From contig CAWBHS010000043.1 of assembly GCA_963788655.1 (NCBI GenBank), positions 1-64,000 on the forward strand: DNA of 64,000 nt, in the 5' to 3' direction. The notes beneath the pieces were generated by a model that saw nothing but the letters and a program-made list of their open reading frames with translations, did no database searches and was not told the DNA's origin. Source of the stretch: an uncultured Verrucomicrobiae bacterium (GTDB taxonomy: Bacteria; Verrucomicrobiota; Verrucomicrobiia; Limisphaerales; JAFGQR01). The position numbers and the translations under genes were made by a program. This document shows, piece after piece, positions 45,280 through 56,068 of this stretch (its first letter is position 1; every line of letters starts with the position of its first letter).

Positions 45280-46735
45280 TCAGAACCTGGGGAGGACGTT
45301 GATGATGCCGCCGTCAAGGGGCATGTGGTCGGGAACCGCTTTTGCTTTGCGCATCAGCCGGGCGTGTTCCTTCTTCAGCTCGGCCAGCTTGCCGGCGGCG
45401 GCGGGTCGTTGATGAGGTTGTGCATCTCCAGCGGGTCGGCGCGCGAGGTTGTAAAGCTCGGCGCAGTAGCGGTCGGGGCTGCCGTCGCCGTGCGGGTAGT
45501 AGATATACTTCCAATCGGCGGTGCGGATGCCGCGGACGTTGGGGGTGTAGGGGAATTCTTTTTCGTAGTTGTAGAAGTAGAGAAGGCGTCGCGCCAGCCC
45601 TGGGTCTTGCCGGCCAGCAGGGGCTTCCAGGACAGGCCGTCGATGTCTCGGCAGAGGCTTGACGCCGCAGATGTCGAGGATGCTTGGGGCGATATCGAGG
45701 TTGAGGACCATCTGGTCGATGACAACGGGCTTGGGGATCAGCGGGGGTAACGAACGAGCAGCGGGACGCGGAGGCTTTCCTCGTACATCGTGCGCTTGTC
45801 CACGCGGCCGTGCTCGCCGAGGGCAAAGCCGTTGTCGGAGGTGTAGATGATGAGCGTGTTGTCGAGCTGGCCCAGTCTCCTTGAGCGGTCTCGTAGATGA
45901 GGCCTACGGCTGTCGTCCACGGAGAGCAGCGTGCCAGGTAGGCGCGGACGAACTTGTCGTAGTCGTCGGTAGTTGTAGAGCGGGCCGCCCGCGCCGTGCC
46001 AGGTGGGGAAGCTTTCGGCGAGCCAGGCGGGCTTGCCGTCTTTGTAGGCGTCGAAGTTGGCGGGCTTGGTAATGGTGGCGTGATCAAAGACGTGCTGGTA
46101 TTTGGGCTCCGGCTCGATCGGACCGCCGTGCGGGGCCTTTTGGCCGAGGGCGAGCAGGAAAGGCTTGTCGTGCTTGCGCTTCAGCCATTCGACGGCGTGT
46201 TCGGTGACGACCGTCGTGTAGTAGCCTTTGAGGAACTGGGTCGTCGCCGTTGATGTTCCACTCGTTGCCGAAGTAGTTGCCCTGGCCGCGGTGGCTCATC
46301 CAGAAGTCGAAGCCGGTGCGCGGGCTGCCGTTGGTCTCGCCCATGTGCCACTTGCCGAAGTAGGCCGTCTCGTAGCCCGCCTCGTGCAGGCGCTTGGGGT
46401 AGCTCGGGAGAGAGTCGGGGTATTCGGTGAAGTTGTTGAGCGACGCCGTGGCGGTGCGCGTAGAGGCCGCTGAGGAACGAGGCCCGGCTGGGCGAGCAGA
46501 GCGAGGTGGTGACAAACATGTTGGCGAAGCGCGCCCCTTCGGCGGCCAGGCGGTCCATGTTGGGCGTCTTGAGCAGCGGATGGCCGGCGCAGCTCATGGC
46601 GTCCCAGCGCTGGTCGTCGGTGAGGATCAGCAGAACGTTGGGCCGCTGGGGCGGCTTGGCGGAGAGGGGCAGGGTATGGGCAAGCGACAGGACAGATGCC
46701 AGGACGAGGGTGTCAGAGAGCAATGAGGATCTCAT
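45280..46735 (-). CDS. Sulfatase (formylglycine-dependent, S1), frameshifted
   Basis: [53 protein letters not shown]. Confidence 0.9.
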
Positions 46736-46927
46736 GGTGACTGAGGTTAAGACGAGGCCGTCCGCGCACAAGCCGAAAGAAGCTGGGGCCTCGTCTTTTG
46801 ATTCTCTCCAGTCCCATTTTGCCCTACATATTCATATGGGGGAACGTAAGGCCCGGGCGACTGCTGTGGGCTTGTGTGCCCTCACACTGCGGGCCCTGTA
46901 TCGCTTATTTGTGCAGCAAGACGGCTC

Positions 46928-48223
46928 CTATCGCTTGAAATGCCGGTCCGCGAAGTCCAGATACTGGGCCCAATCGTAGGCGGTCAGATCGTGCTTGCCG
47001 GGGCGGATGTGGTAGCCGATGAAATCCCCGACCGGGTGGTTCAGCGGGGGTTGTTTGGCAACGCCCACCCCGGCTTCTTGATACAGTCTGTAAACCGGCT
47101 CCGCGCCTTTAGCGGCGAGAAACTGGCCGAGCGGATCGCACCAGCGATCCTCCTCCGCGCTAGCAATGTACACCGGCCGCGGCGCCATCAACGCGATCAA
47201 CTCGTGCTGATCCACCGGCAGCAGCTCCTCGTGGTCGGAGTATTGCTTGAAGTTGCCGCAGAACCAGTGCGGGCAAATGCGGTTCAAATTTGCCGTCCGC
47301 TCGCCGAAACAGCGCCGGGCCAGGGCCGCGCCACCTTCGCCGGATTCGTTGGCGATGATGAGGGAAAAACGCTCATCGCTCGCGCCCGCCCACAGCGCCG
47401 TCTTGCCAAGCCGCGAATGCCCAATGACGGCAACGCGCTTTGCGTCAATCGCCTTGTCCGTCTCCAGGTAATCCATCGCCCGGCTCAAGCCCCAGGCCCA
47501 CGCGCCAATGGCGCCCCATTGGTCGGGCTGGAAAACCGTGTTTGTTCCTAAAGGGCTCAATGCGGCGCGCACGCCCAGCTTCCAACCGTCCGGGAAATCC
47601 GGCTCGAGGTCGCCATAATAGACGGTGGCCAGCGCGAAGCCGCGCGCGAGGATGGTCTCCACCGGCCAGCGTGTGGCAAGGCTGCCGCGGGAGGCTTCGG
47701 TGGCCCGATTACTGACCACGCCGCTGAATCTCTTGGCCACCCAACGGTCTGACAGATGAATGCCGGGGTCACCAATGATGGCGTGATTACCGCCGAAGTT
47801 CATGCCCAGAAATGCAGGCGCGGGCTGTTTCGCGCGGTTCGGCAGATAAAGCAGCAGGTTCATGCTCGGCCCCTTGGTCGCGCCTGTGAGCCAGACGGTG
47901 ATTTCCTTCCGCGTCGCCTTGCCATCCAACGCGTTCGTCGCGATGGAAGTCACCTCAAACTTCGCCCTGCCGCGGCCCTGCTGCGGGGCGTGACCGTAAA
48001 TCTGGTCAGCAAACAGTTGCAACAGTTCCGGCCGGCGCTTTTGCTCCCACGTCTCCACGTCCGTAACCTTCTTGCCATCGGCGCACACCAGCGGGTCGGG
48101 CAACGTGTAGGCGCGAACTTTTGCTTCGTCGTAGTTCGGCTTGGGCAATTGCGCGCTGCTGGCGACGGTACTGGTCATCAGCACGGCGCAACTGAGCGTG
48201 GGCAGGAACTTTTTCATCATCAT
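46928..48223 (-). CDS. CE15 glucuronoyl esterase-like protein, copy 1
   Basis: Signal peptide; NYDEAKV..YTLPDPL, WAWGLSR, GHSRLGKTALW, ESGEGG, LPVDQH, GKHD. Confidence 0.88.
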   Translation of the reverse strand: MMMKKFLPTLSCAVLMTSTVASSAQLPKPNYDEAKVRAYTLPDPLVCADGKKVTDVETWEQKRRPELLQLFADQIYGHAPQQGRGRAKFEVTSIATNALDGKATRKEITVWLTGATKGPSMNLLLYLPNRAKQPAPAFLGMNFGGNHAIIGDPGIHLSDRWVAKRFSGVVSNRATEASRGSLATRWPVETILARGFALATVYYGDLEPDFPDGWKLGVRAALSPLGTNTVFQPDQWGAIGAWAWGLSRAMDYLETDKAIDAKRVAVIGHSRLGKTALWAGASDERFSLIIANESGEGGAALARRCFGERTANLNRICPHWFCGNFKQYSDHEELLPVDQHELIALMAPRPVYIASAEEDRWCDPLGQFLAAKGAEPVYRLYQEAGVGVAKQPPLNHPVGDFIGYHIRPGKHDLTAYDWAQYLDFADRHFKR

Positions 48224-48341
48224 TCTTCCGTTTGGAACGTGACCGTCAAATGTTGCGCCGGATCCCTGCCAGTCTTGTCGAGCAGCGCGGCCATGTCGGG
48301 TGTCACTTCAACGGCGAAATAGCGGCTGGCTGCCGCGCTCC

Positions 48342-49064
48342 TCAATCCTGTTTCATCAGGGCAGCAAGGGTTGGCTCCATGGCCTCGGCCCAGAGTTGGT
48401 AGCCTTTCGCGCTCGGATGAACGCGGTCGGGCATGATGGTTTTTGGAATCGAACCATCCTCCTCGAGGAAGACTTTTCCGATGTCGAGATACTTGATCAT
48501 TTTGCCGTCGTCGAGCTTGGCGATCGCCTGATTGATCTCCTTGATCTGGAGGCGGTAGGGGGAGTCCGCGGTCGCACGGGGAAAGATGCCCAGGAGCAAC
48601 AGCTTGGTCTCGGGAAGTCTGGCGCGGATTTCCTTCACGATGGCCGTCACCCCCTCGATCACTTCGGGGATCGAGTTGCGCGGGGAGCCATCCTTCTCCT
48701 TGCCAAGGTTGTTGGTGCCGATCATCAGCACGACAACCTTCGGTTTCACCTGGTCCAATTCGCCATTTTCGATGCGCCAAAGGACGTATTGGGTGCGATC
48801 ACCGCCGATGCCGAGGTTCAACGCGTGACGCGGGGCGTAGAACTTTTTCCAGACCTCCAGCCCCCGGGTGCGCCACCAATCCGTGATGGAATCGCCAAGG
48901 AACACCAGGTCGCACGGCCCCTGCTTCGCCTCGGCGAGGAACGCTTCATGCCGTGAAACCCAATTGGTCTTCGTCAATCGGGGAGCGGGAACGACCGCGG
49001 TGTTTTCAGCAAGCGCCAGGGTAGTCAGGAGGACCCCAATAACAAGCAGCAATGATTTCTTCAT
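48342..49064 (-). CDS. SGNH/GDSL esterase (PAF-acetylhydrolase-like)
   Basis: FLGDSIT, GIGGDRT, MIGTNN, DRVHP; signal peptide. Confidence 0.9.
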   Translation of the reverse strand: MKKSLLLVIGVLLTTLALAENTAVVPAPRLTKTNWVSRHEAFLAEAKQGPCDLVFLGDSITDWWRTRGLEVWKKFYAPRHALNLGIGGDRTQYVLWRIENGELDQVKPKVVVLMIGTNNLGKEKDGSPRNSIPEVIEGVTAIVKEIRARLPETKLLLLGIFPRATADSPYRLQIKEINQAIAKLDDGKMIKYLDIGKVFLEEDGSIPKTIMPDRVHPSAKGYQLWAEAMEPTLAALMKQD

Positions 49065-49232
49065 GTGAACAGTAACCAGCAATATGTTGCGTTAACCCGG
49101 TCTCCAGCGACAGGCCCGCGCGAGCTTCGCTCTGGAGGCCGAGAACCGGCGCCCGTTCAAGCTACCGAAGCTGCCCTGCTTTCCGGGTCGCGGAGCGGCT
49201 TCAAGTGTTACAGCAAACCGAAGCAACACGCC

Positions 49233-51516
49233 TCACTTCACCAACCGATAGAACTTCATGCCTCCAACTTGATTGGTCAGCACGTAATCCTCACCCTGAA
49301 CCGTCCCCGCCCCCTCCGATGTCCACGTCGAGGACGAGATATCCGTGGTTGATTCGACAGTGAAGCCGACAGCATTTGTCGGCCAGGACAGGATCACGTC
49401 TGCGCCGGACGGCGAGATGCTGAGCGTTGGCCGGTAAGGCAGGATCGAGAAAGCCGCCAGCCCGTTGTTAGCGGAGATGGCAAACACCTTGTCCTCCGCC
49501 CAGATAATCTTGCCGATCAGGTAACCGTTGTTCCAATGGTTCGTGGGGAAATTGTACTCTGCCAAAAGCAGGGGCAGGTTGAGGTCCGAGATTTCATAGA
49601 GCCGCACAGGGTCAGGGATGGTGTCCGTCCTCGGGTTCTCGATCCCCAAACCGAGATTCCTTTGGAAATCCAACGCCACCGGGACCACATTCGGATTCCA
49701 GTCGGGATAAGAGGCCAGGATCGTGCTGTCGAACGTATTGACGTCATACTGTGCCAGAACGATAGGCCCGCCTTCACGATGAGCCCAGTAGGTGTTGTTA
49801 GTGCCAAACGCAAGTGACCGACCGATGCTGCTGTTGGCATAGTGATTGGCGAAGGCAACGGTGTTCAGCCAGAAACTGTCGAGGTCGGCGCTCGCCGGAC
49901 GGAACAGAGCCGCCCAATTGCCTTCATACGAATCGGCGATGATTTCCGTGTTGGTTCCCGATCCGCGGGCATCCAGCGCGTCCCCCAGCCGCTCGCTGGC
50001 CATGCTGGGAGGAATCCCTCCCCAGATGGCGACCGGCACGGTATTGGAATCATCGTTGGCCCATCGGTAAAGGCGAAATGACTCTGCCACATCGGTGTTG
50101 CAGGCGTAAATCGCGCCATCATCGGCCACCGCGATGGAATTCAAGGTCAGATTATTCGCTCCGCCGAAGATGATACTTGTGTCGGTGTTCATTTGGTAAA
50201 GCTCCTCGCCGGTGGTCCCGTCCAGCACCCAAATGGCCGGATCGCCCGAACCAGTCACGATGTTGGTCCGGCTGACCAGGTACAGGTGATTCGAGGGTGC
50301 GTAGTAGGCGATGCACCTTTGTTCCGGGCGGGAGCCGATGTCCGACGTGAGGTACGGGCGGTTGGTGACGACGTCCATGATGGACGGAGCGATGCCCCAC
50401 AGCGGAGCGAGCCGGGGATACACATCGCGGAGCACAGTGACAACGGCCGGCCGAACTAACCAGGGAAAGAGGGGGATTTGACACAATCACGGTGTAATTT
50501 CCAGAATCGGCAACCTGCGCGTTCGGAAATGACGAGACTCGAGTCGGTGGCTCCCGCAATGGGGTTGCCGTTCCATTGCCACTGGTAACTGGTGGCGTCG
50601 GGGCTGTTCACCTCGAGTTGAATGGCTTGCCCAACCAACAAACGTTGGGACGCGGGCTGGGTGTACAGATTGAGAGTGGGCCCTGCCCCCATGGTCACAT
50701 CTGCCCACTCCGTGCCAAAGTTCAACTCGTCGAAGAGGATGGTCTTGGCCATGCTGGAATGGCGGTTGCAGAGCATGAAACTCACGATGCTGGAAATGTC
50801 AGTTCCAACACTGTTGGTCAATGTGGCGGGCGGCTCGCTGACGCCTCCCAAGGTCCCGGGGTCAGGATTTATCCACGCCCGCACCACATCGTCCGAGGTG
50901 GTGCCGGAGTTGAACTCGTAGCTGATGACCATGAGGATGGGGACGCCAGCGCTGAAGGCGTTCGTATCCCAACTGTAGTTGGATGTCGAAGAGCTGTTCT
51001 TGACGACGCCCACGTTGAATTTCGTGGAGTCGTTGCGCGTCCACCCGGGCCGCAAACCGGGCGTATGCTGCGCTTGAGGGGAAGGTGTTGGTCGTGCCGC
51101 TGTCGTTGTTCAGCGCCACAAAGTAGTATCCGCCACCCAGCCGGTGGGGTCATCGATTTGAAAGATGAAGGAAGCATACAAGGTCCCACTGCCGACAGCA
51201 CTGGGCAAAACGTAGCGCGCGGCGAGCCCTCCCGGGAGCGTGCGCCCCCCCAGTTGCACCTTGTTTCCGGTGGCGTTTGTCAATCCAGGATAGGTGATGT
51301 TGCCGGCAACACCACGGGCTGGTTTGTCAGGGTCGCGTCGTCGCCAGCCTGTTCCCAATAGCCTCCATCGGAATTGCTCTGCCCGATCAAATTCTCGCCG
51401 GGGGTGTAGTTGAAGTGTTCACTGGAGATGACTCCAGCGAAGGTCGAGGTTGAGAAGATCGCTGCGGCCGTCGAGAGGGCCAACGCTTTTTCAATGATGT
51501 TGGTGTGAGTTTTCAT
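49233..51516 (-). CDS. Secreted protein with lectin-like region, Ig domain, DUF4623-like propeller and C-terminal FYRL domain, frameshifted
   Basis: MKTHTN... signal peptide; FDELNFGTEWADV; TQPASQ...YQWQWNG..I.GAT; VADDGAIY, FRLYRW, ERLGDALDARGSG; ends KFYRLVK. Confidence 0.72.
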
Positions 51517-51583
51517 GGTTTTTCGATTCACGCTAACCGGAGTGGCTCTTGAGTGGTGGCGATTTGCCAGGATGGTTGGTTGT

Positions 51584-52399
51584 TCAGTTGTAAGGTGTAA
51601 GTTGTATCCCGTGATCCTCCGATAACTCATAGCGGTAGTTCCACTTGGCTCTTCCGATCCATTCGCTATGGCCATCGGCAAAAACCACGTTGCCACCGTC
51701 CTTGCCATGGCCGTAATAGGGATTGGGATAGTTTTGCCACGGCCAATCGGGTTTGTGCGGCTCCATGCCGTCCATGATGACGAACGTGCCGCTGGGTCCG
51801 GCAATGTTGCCTTTCATCGGGTCGGAGTGTTTTGCGTAACTTGGAACCGAGCGGGTGGTTTTGCGCGGGTAGTTCGCCGACTTGTTGAACCAACAACCGA
51901 AGACTTCGTAACTGTGTCCGTTGGTGGCAGTTCTGCCGGTCGCCTTCTTCTCCAAATCCACCAGTTTTTCGAGAAGTTGGCCCTGATAGAACGCCTGGTA
52001 CTTCTTGTTGGGGTCCACTGCGTTGCGGGTTGTCGGGCAAACGAAGGTGCCCACGTTCTTGATGTAGCCGGTGGATCCAAAGCCATACAGCCAGTTCATG
52101 TCATCGTCTGCCTGTTGGTCTACCGGCGTAGTCTTCAGCGTGCCCGTCAACCGGCCCTTGGAGTCGTCGTCCGCATACATCTGGCTGCCCAACCCCATCT
52201 GGCGGGTGTTGTTCAAACAACTGATCCGCCGGGCTTTGTCCTGGGCCCTGCTCAAAGCCGGAAGCAGCAGGGCCGCCAGAATGGCGATGATCGCGATGAC
52301 GACAAGCAGTTCAATTAACGTGAACCCACGGGCTGCCGTTCGTCGCAGGTAACAACGTCCTTGTGAATCGTTTCCATGGATTGGAGACGCCTGGCTCAT
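51584..52399 (-). CDS. Prepilin-type N-methylation / H-X9-DG domain protein (DUF1559-like)
   Basis: [46 protein letters not shown]. Confidence 0.92.
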   Translation of the reverse strand: MSQASPIHGNDSQGRCYLRRTAARGFTLIELLVVIAIIAILAALLLPALSRAQDKARRISCLNNTRQMGLGSQMYADDDSKGRLTGTLKTTPVDQQADDDMNWLYGFGSTGYIKNVGTFVCPTTRNAVDPNKKYQAFYQGQLLEKLVDLEKKATGRTATNGHSYEVFGCWFNKSANYPRKTTRSVPSYAKHSDPMKGNIAGPSGTFVIMDGMEPHKPDWPWQNYPNPYYGHGKDGGNVVFADGHSEWIGRAKWNYRYELSEDHGIQLTPYN

Positions 52400-52439
52400 A
52401 TATACCTTGGGACCTTAGCGAAACCGGGTCTTGCCGGGT

Positions 52440-52457
52440 ATCCTCATTATTAGGGAT
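52440..52457. promoter_or_regulatory. Operator-like palindrome, copy 1 (ATCCTCATTATTAGGGAT)
   Basis: About 40 bp upstream of the prepilin ATG; matches the sites at 63024 and 63787. Confidence 0.6.
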
Positions 52458-52468
52458 GCTCCCCGCTC

Positions 52469-53466
52469 AGCGCCCGTCCATGCTCACCTCCACCCCCGCC
52501 GATTCCACCGCGTCGATAAACATCGGCGAGGTGAACTGCGAGCCTTGATCGGTGTTGGAGACCAGCGGCGCCTGCCGTCCGGCCCGCAGCGCCGCCTCCC
52601 AGGCATCCACACAAAAGGCCGCCTCCAGCGTGTTGCTCAACCGCCAGCCCAGCACATAACGGCTCCACCAATCCATCACCGCCACCAAATACATGAACCC
52701 GCGGGCCATCGGCACATACGTAATATCCGCACACCAGACTTGGTCCGGCCCCGTCACCGCCAAATCCCGCAACAGATACGGATAAATCTGGTGCCCCGGC
52801 GCGGGCACGCTCGTCTTGGGCTTGGCGTAGATCGCCTCGATCCCCATCAGCCGCAGCAGGCGCACCACCCGCTTGCGATTGATGGCCACTCCTTCCCGGC
52901 GCAAGCTCGCCGCCAGCTTGCGACTGCCGTAAACCGGATGCTCCAGGTGCAACTCGTCCAACCGCCGCATCAGCGCCAGGTTCTCCTCCGTCTCCGGAGC
53001 GCACTGGTAATAGTAACGTGCTGCGGCACAGGTCCAACAGCTCGCACTGGTGCCGCACACTGACTTGTGGGTCCGGACCGATCAGTTCTTGCAGGCATGT
53101 TACAATCCCAGTTGCTTGGACTTTTTTTTAAGCCAGTCCAGGTCCACCGTCAGTTGGCCGATCTTCTGATGCAATTGCGCGATCAACTGCTCCTGGTCCT
53201 CCGTCCCCGGCTTGTCCGGGCTCGAACAACTCGGGCAGGTGATCCCGAATCGTCGCCCGCCATTGCGTCACCTGCGTCGGATGCACCGCATACTCTCTCG
53301 CCAATTGCGAGACCGTCTTAAGCCCCACCAGGGCTTCGAATCCCACTTTGGCCTTGAAGGCCGCACTATGCCGTTTGCGTTTTGCTTTCATAGTCTGCTT
53401 TCTCTTCTCCAGCAGACCAGCGAAAGTCCATCTTAACTGGTGGTCCAGTTTTTGGGGTCCACCTCA
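52469..53466 (-). mobile_element. IS3-family element, truncated (left IR, orfA and partial orfB)
   Basis: End TGAGGTGGACCCCAAAAACTGGACCACC at 53466; orfA MKAKRKRHSAAFKAKV from 53391; A8G slippery site at 53121-53129; orfB YGSRK, WCADITY, DWWSR, NTDQGSQFT stops at MDGR before the third DDE residue; no right IR. Confidence 0.9.
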
Positions 53467-53672
53467 CCGAGGCTCTTTTGGAAATCCAATGCCAGAGGGA
53501 CAACGTCCGGACTCCAGTCCGGATAGGAGGCCAGGATCGTGCTGTCAAACGTATTAACTTCATACTGTGCCAGAACGATAGGTCCGCCTTCACGATGAGC
53601 CCAGTAGGTGTTATTAGTCCCAAATGCGAGCGACCGGCCGATGCTGCTGTTGGCATAGTGATTGGCGAAGGC
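53467..53672 (-). pseudogene. Internal fragment of a paralog of the 49233-51516 gene
   Basis: AFANHYANSSIGRSLAFGTNNTYWAHREGGPIVLAQY.VNTFDSTILASYPDW matches about 49660-49855 with many third-position changes. Confidence 0.88.
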
Positions 53673-53704
53673 GCAGCGGATTGCCCAGGAGGAACTGGAC
53701 GCGC

Positions 53705-54997
53705 TCAGTTGAAATGCCGGTCTGCGAAGTCCAGATACTGGGCCCAATCGTAGGCGGTCAGATCGTGCTTGCCGGAGCGGATGTGGTAGCCGATGAAATC
53801 CCCGACCGGGTGGTTCAGCGGGGGTTGTTTGGCAACGCCCACCCCGGCTTCCCGATACAGTTTGTAAACCGGCTCCGCGCCTTTAGCGGCGAGAAACTGG
53901 CCGAGCGGATCGCACGAGCGATCCTCCTCCGCGCTAGCAATGTAGACCGGCCGCGGCGCCATCAACGCGATCAACTCGTGCTGATCCACCGGCAGCAGCT
54001 CCTCGTGGTTGGAGTATTGCTTGAAGTTGCCGCAGAACCAGTACGGGCGAATGCGGTTCAAATCTGCCGTCCGCTCGCCGAAACAGCGCCGGGCCAGGGC
54101 CGCGCCACCTTCGCCGGATTCGTTGGCGATGATGAGGGAAAAACGCTCATCGCTCGCGCCCGCCCAGAGCGCCGTCTTGCCAAGGCGAGAATGCCCAATG
54201 ACGGCAACGCGCTTTGCGTCAATCGCCTTGTCCGTCTCCAGGTAATCCATCGCCCGGCTCAAGCCCCAGGCCCACGCTCCAATGGCGCCCCATTGGTCGG
54301 GCTGGAAAACCGTGTTTGTTCCTGAAGGGCTCAATGCGGCGCGCACGCCCAGCTTCCAACCGTCCGGGAAATCCGGCTCGAGGTCGCCATAATAGACGGT
54401 GGCCAGCGCGAAGCCGCGCGCGAGGATGGTCTCCACCGGCCAGCGGGTGGCAAGGCTGCCGCGGGAGGCTTCGGTGGCCCGATTGCTGACCACGCCGCTG
54501 AATCTCCCGGCCACCCAACGGTCGGACAGATGAATGCCGGGGTCGCCCATGACGGCGTGATTACCACCGAAGTTCATGCCCAGAAATGCGGGCGCGGGCT
54601 GTTTCGCTCGGTTCGGCAGATAAAGCAGCAGGTTCAGGCTCGGCCCCTTGGTCGCGCCTGTGAGCCAGACGGTGACTTCCTTCCGCGTCGCCTTGCCATC
54701 CAACGCGTTCGTCGCGATGGACGTCACCTCAAACTTCGCCCTGCCGCGGCCCGGCTGCGGGGCGTGACCGTAAATCTGGTCAGCAAACAGTTGCAACAGT
54801 TCCGGCCGGCGCTTTTGCTCCCACGTCTCCACGTCCGTGACCTTCTTGCCATCGGCGCACACCAGCGGGTCGGGCAACGTGTAGGCGGGAACTTTTGCTT
54901 CGTCGTAGTTCCGCTTGGGCAATTGCGCGCTGCTGGCGACAGTGCTGGTCATCAGCACGGCGCAACTGAGCGTGGGCAGGAGCTTCTTCATCATCAT
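53705..54997 (-). CDS. CE15 glucuronoyl esterase-like protein, copy 2
   Basis: About 19 substitutions against copy 1 over about 430 aa (counted by eye); GHSRLGK intact. Confidence 0.88.
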   Translation of the reverse strand: MMMKKLLPTLSCAVLMTSTVASSAQLPKRNYDEAKVPAYTLPDPLVCADGKKVTDVETWEQKRRPELLQLFADQIYGHAPQPGRGRAKFEVTSIATNALDGKATRKEVTVWLTGATKGPSLNLLLYLPNRAKQPAPAFLGMNFGGNHAVMGDPGIHLSDRWVAGRFSGVVSNRATEASRGSLATRWPVETILARGFALATVYYGDLEPDFPDGWKLGVRAALSPSGTNTVFQPDQWGAIGAWAWGLSRAMDYLETDKAIDAKRVAVIGHSRLGKTALWAGASDERFSLIIANESGEGGAALARRCFGERTADLNRIRPYWFCGNFKQYSNHEELLPVDQHELIALMAPRPVYIASAEEDRSCDPLGQFLAAKGAEPVYKLYREAGVGVAKQPPLNHPVGDFIGYHIRSGKHDLTAYDWAQYLDFADRHFN

Positions 54998-55035
54998 TTT
55001 TCCCTTTGGAACATGACCGTCAAATGTTGCGCAAC

Positions 55036-56014
55036 TCAATGGTTCAAGATGTATAAAAAGTTGGGCCTCAATCTCTCCAGCGTGCCGTGCCCGTCTACTT
55101 TTTTAACGATCAATCTATCGCCAACTACGGTGGAAACACTGCCGCCGCCGTCGAGGTTGAATGCAAACCGTCACGTCCAACGCGTTCAGAACTCTTATCA
55201 GTTCCTTTGCCGTCATCCCATCGCCGTCATAACCGCGTCCCCCGCAGCTTAGAAACAGTATATCCAGGTTATCAAACTGAGCGATTACCTGCCGGGGATT
55301 CTTCGCAATGAGATTTCCGGCTATCTTAAAGAGTTCCTCGGAGACTGGCTGGTGGTCCTCAATTAAAGGGATAAAGCCCGTAAGGGCGGTTTTCACCCCG
55401 TCATCCAGTATGAATTGCGCTCTTTGTCCGGGCTTGTAGGCGAGCAATTCGTTGTTATCTCTGATTCCGAGCGAATAACACCTTGTGGTCAGGTCCTGAA
55501 CGATCACCCCATTCACAATTTGAATTCCCACTGGCTGTCGGATGTCAGGCGGCAGGTTTTTCAAGCCCATGGAGGCGTTGAAAGCCAACGTGGTGTTCTT
55601 TCTAATGGCAAAATTCCTCACTGCCTCTCCCTCCGGCTTGTCCGAGAGGGCGAGCCTGAGTTTTATCAGCTTCCCATTTTTGTCTTTATGGAAGATCCGG
55701 GTCAGGAAGTAGTAGGTATTTGATTCCTTGTCGAAGTGCCTGCTGATATCGCAAATCCCCTCAGTGCGCAACCGGTGGAACTCCTGTTCCAACGCCGGAT
55801 TAATCGTGAGGTCCAGATTGGAAACCAGTTCCGAGCCAGCGGGGGCTGACACCTGGGCATGGATGGAAGATGCGAGGAACAGGGAGAGCAACACCTTGAG
55901 AACACGCCCCGGGAGTGCACGACCGGCACCGGCAAAAAGGCTCATGGGCCATTTGGTGAAGACAAGCCCCTTGATCGATGCGCAACCAAAACTTCTCCCT
56001 GGATTTAACTTCAT
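55036..56014 (-). CDS. Phosphodiester glycosidase (NAGPA) family protein
   Basis: FNAS, NPRQVIA, GRG..GDGMT; after an indel near 55170 AFNLDGGGS...RPNFLYI. Confidence 0.8.
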
Positions 56015-56068
56015 GGTGTTAATTCTGCCAGCCTTTCCCTGGTTTCAATACAACGTACGCCCGCCGCG

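Noticed and set aside
46822..46841. CATAT-TC-ATATG palindrome upstream of the sulfatase
   Set aside because: Short and single-copy, and does not match the 18-bp operator.
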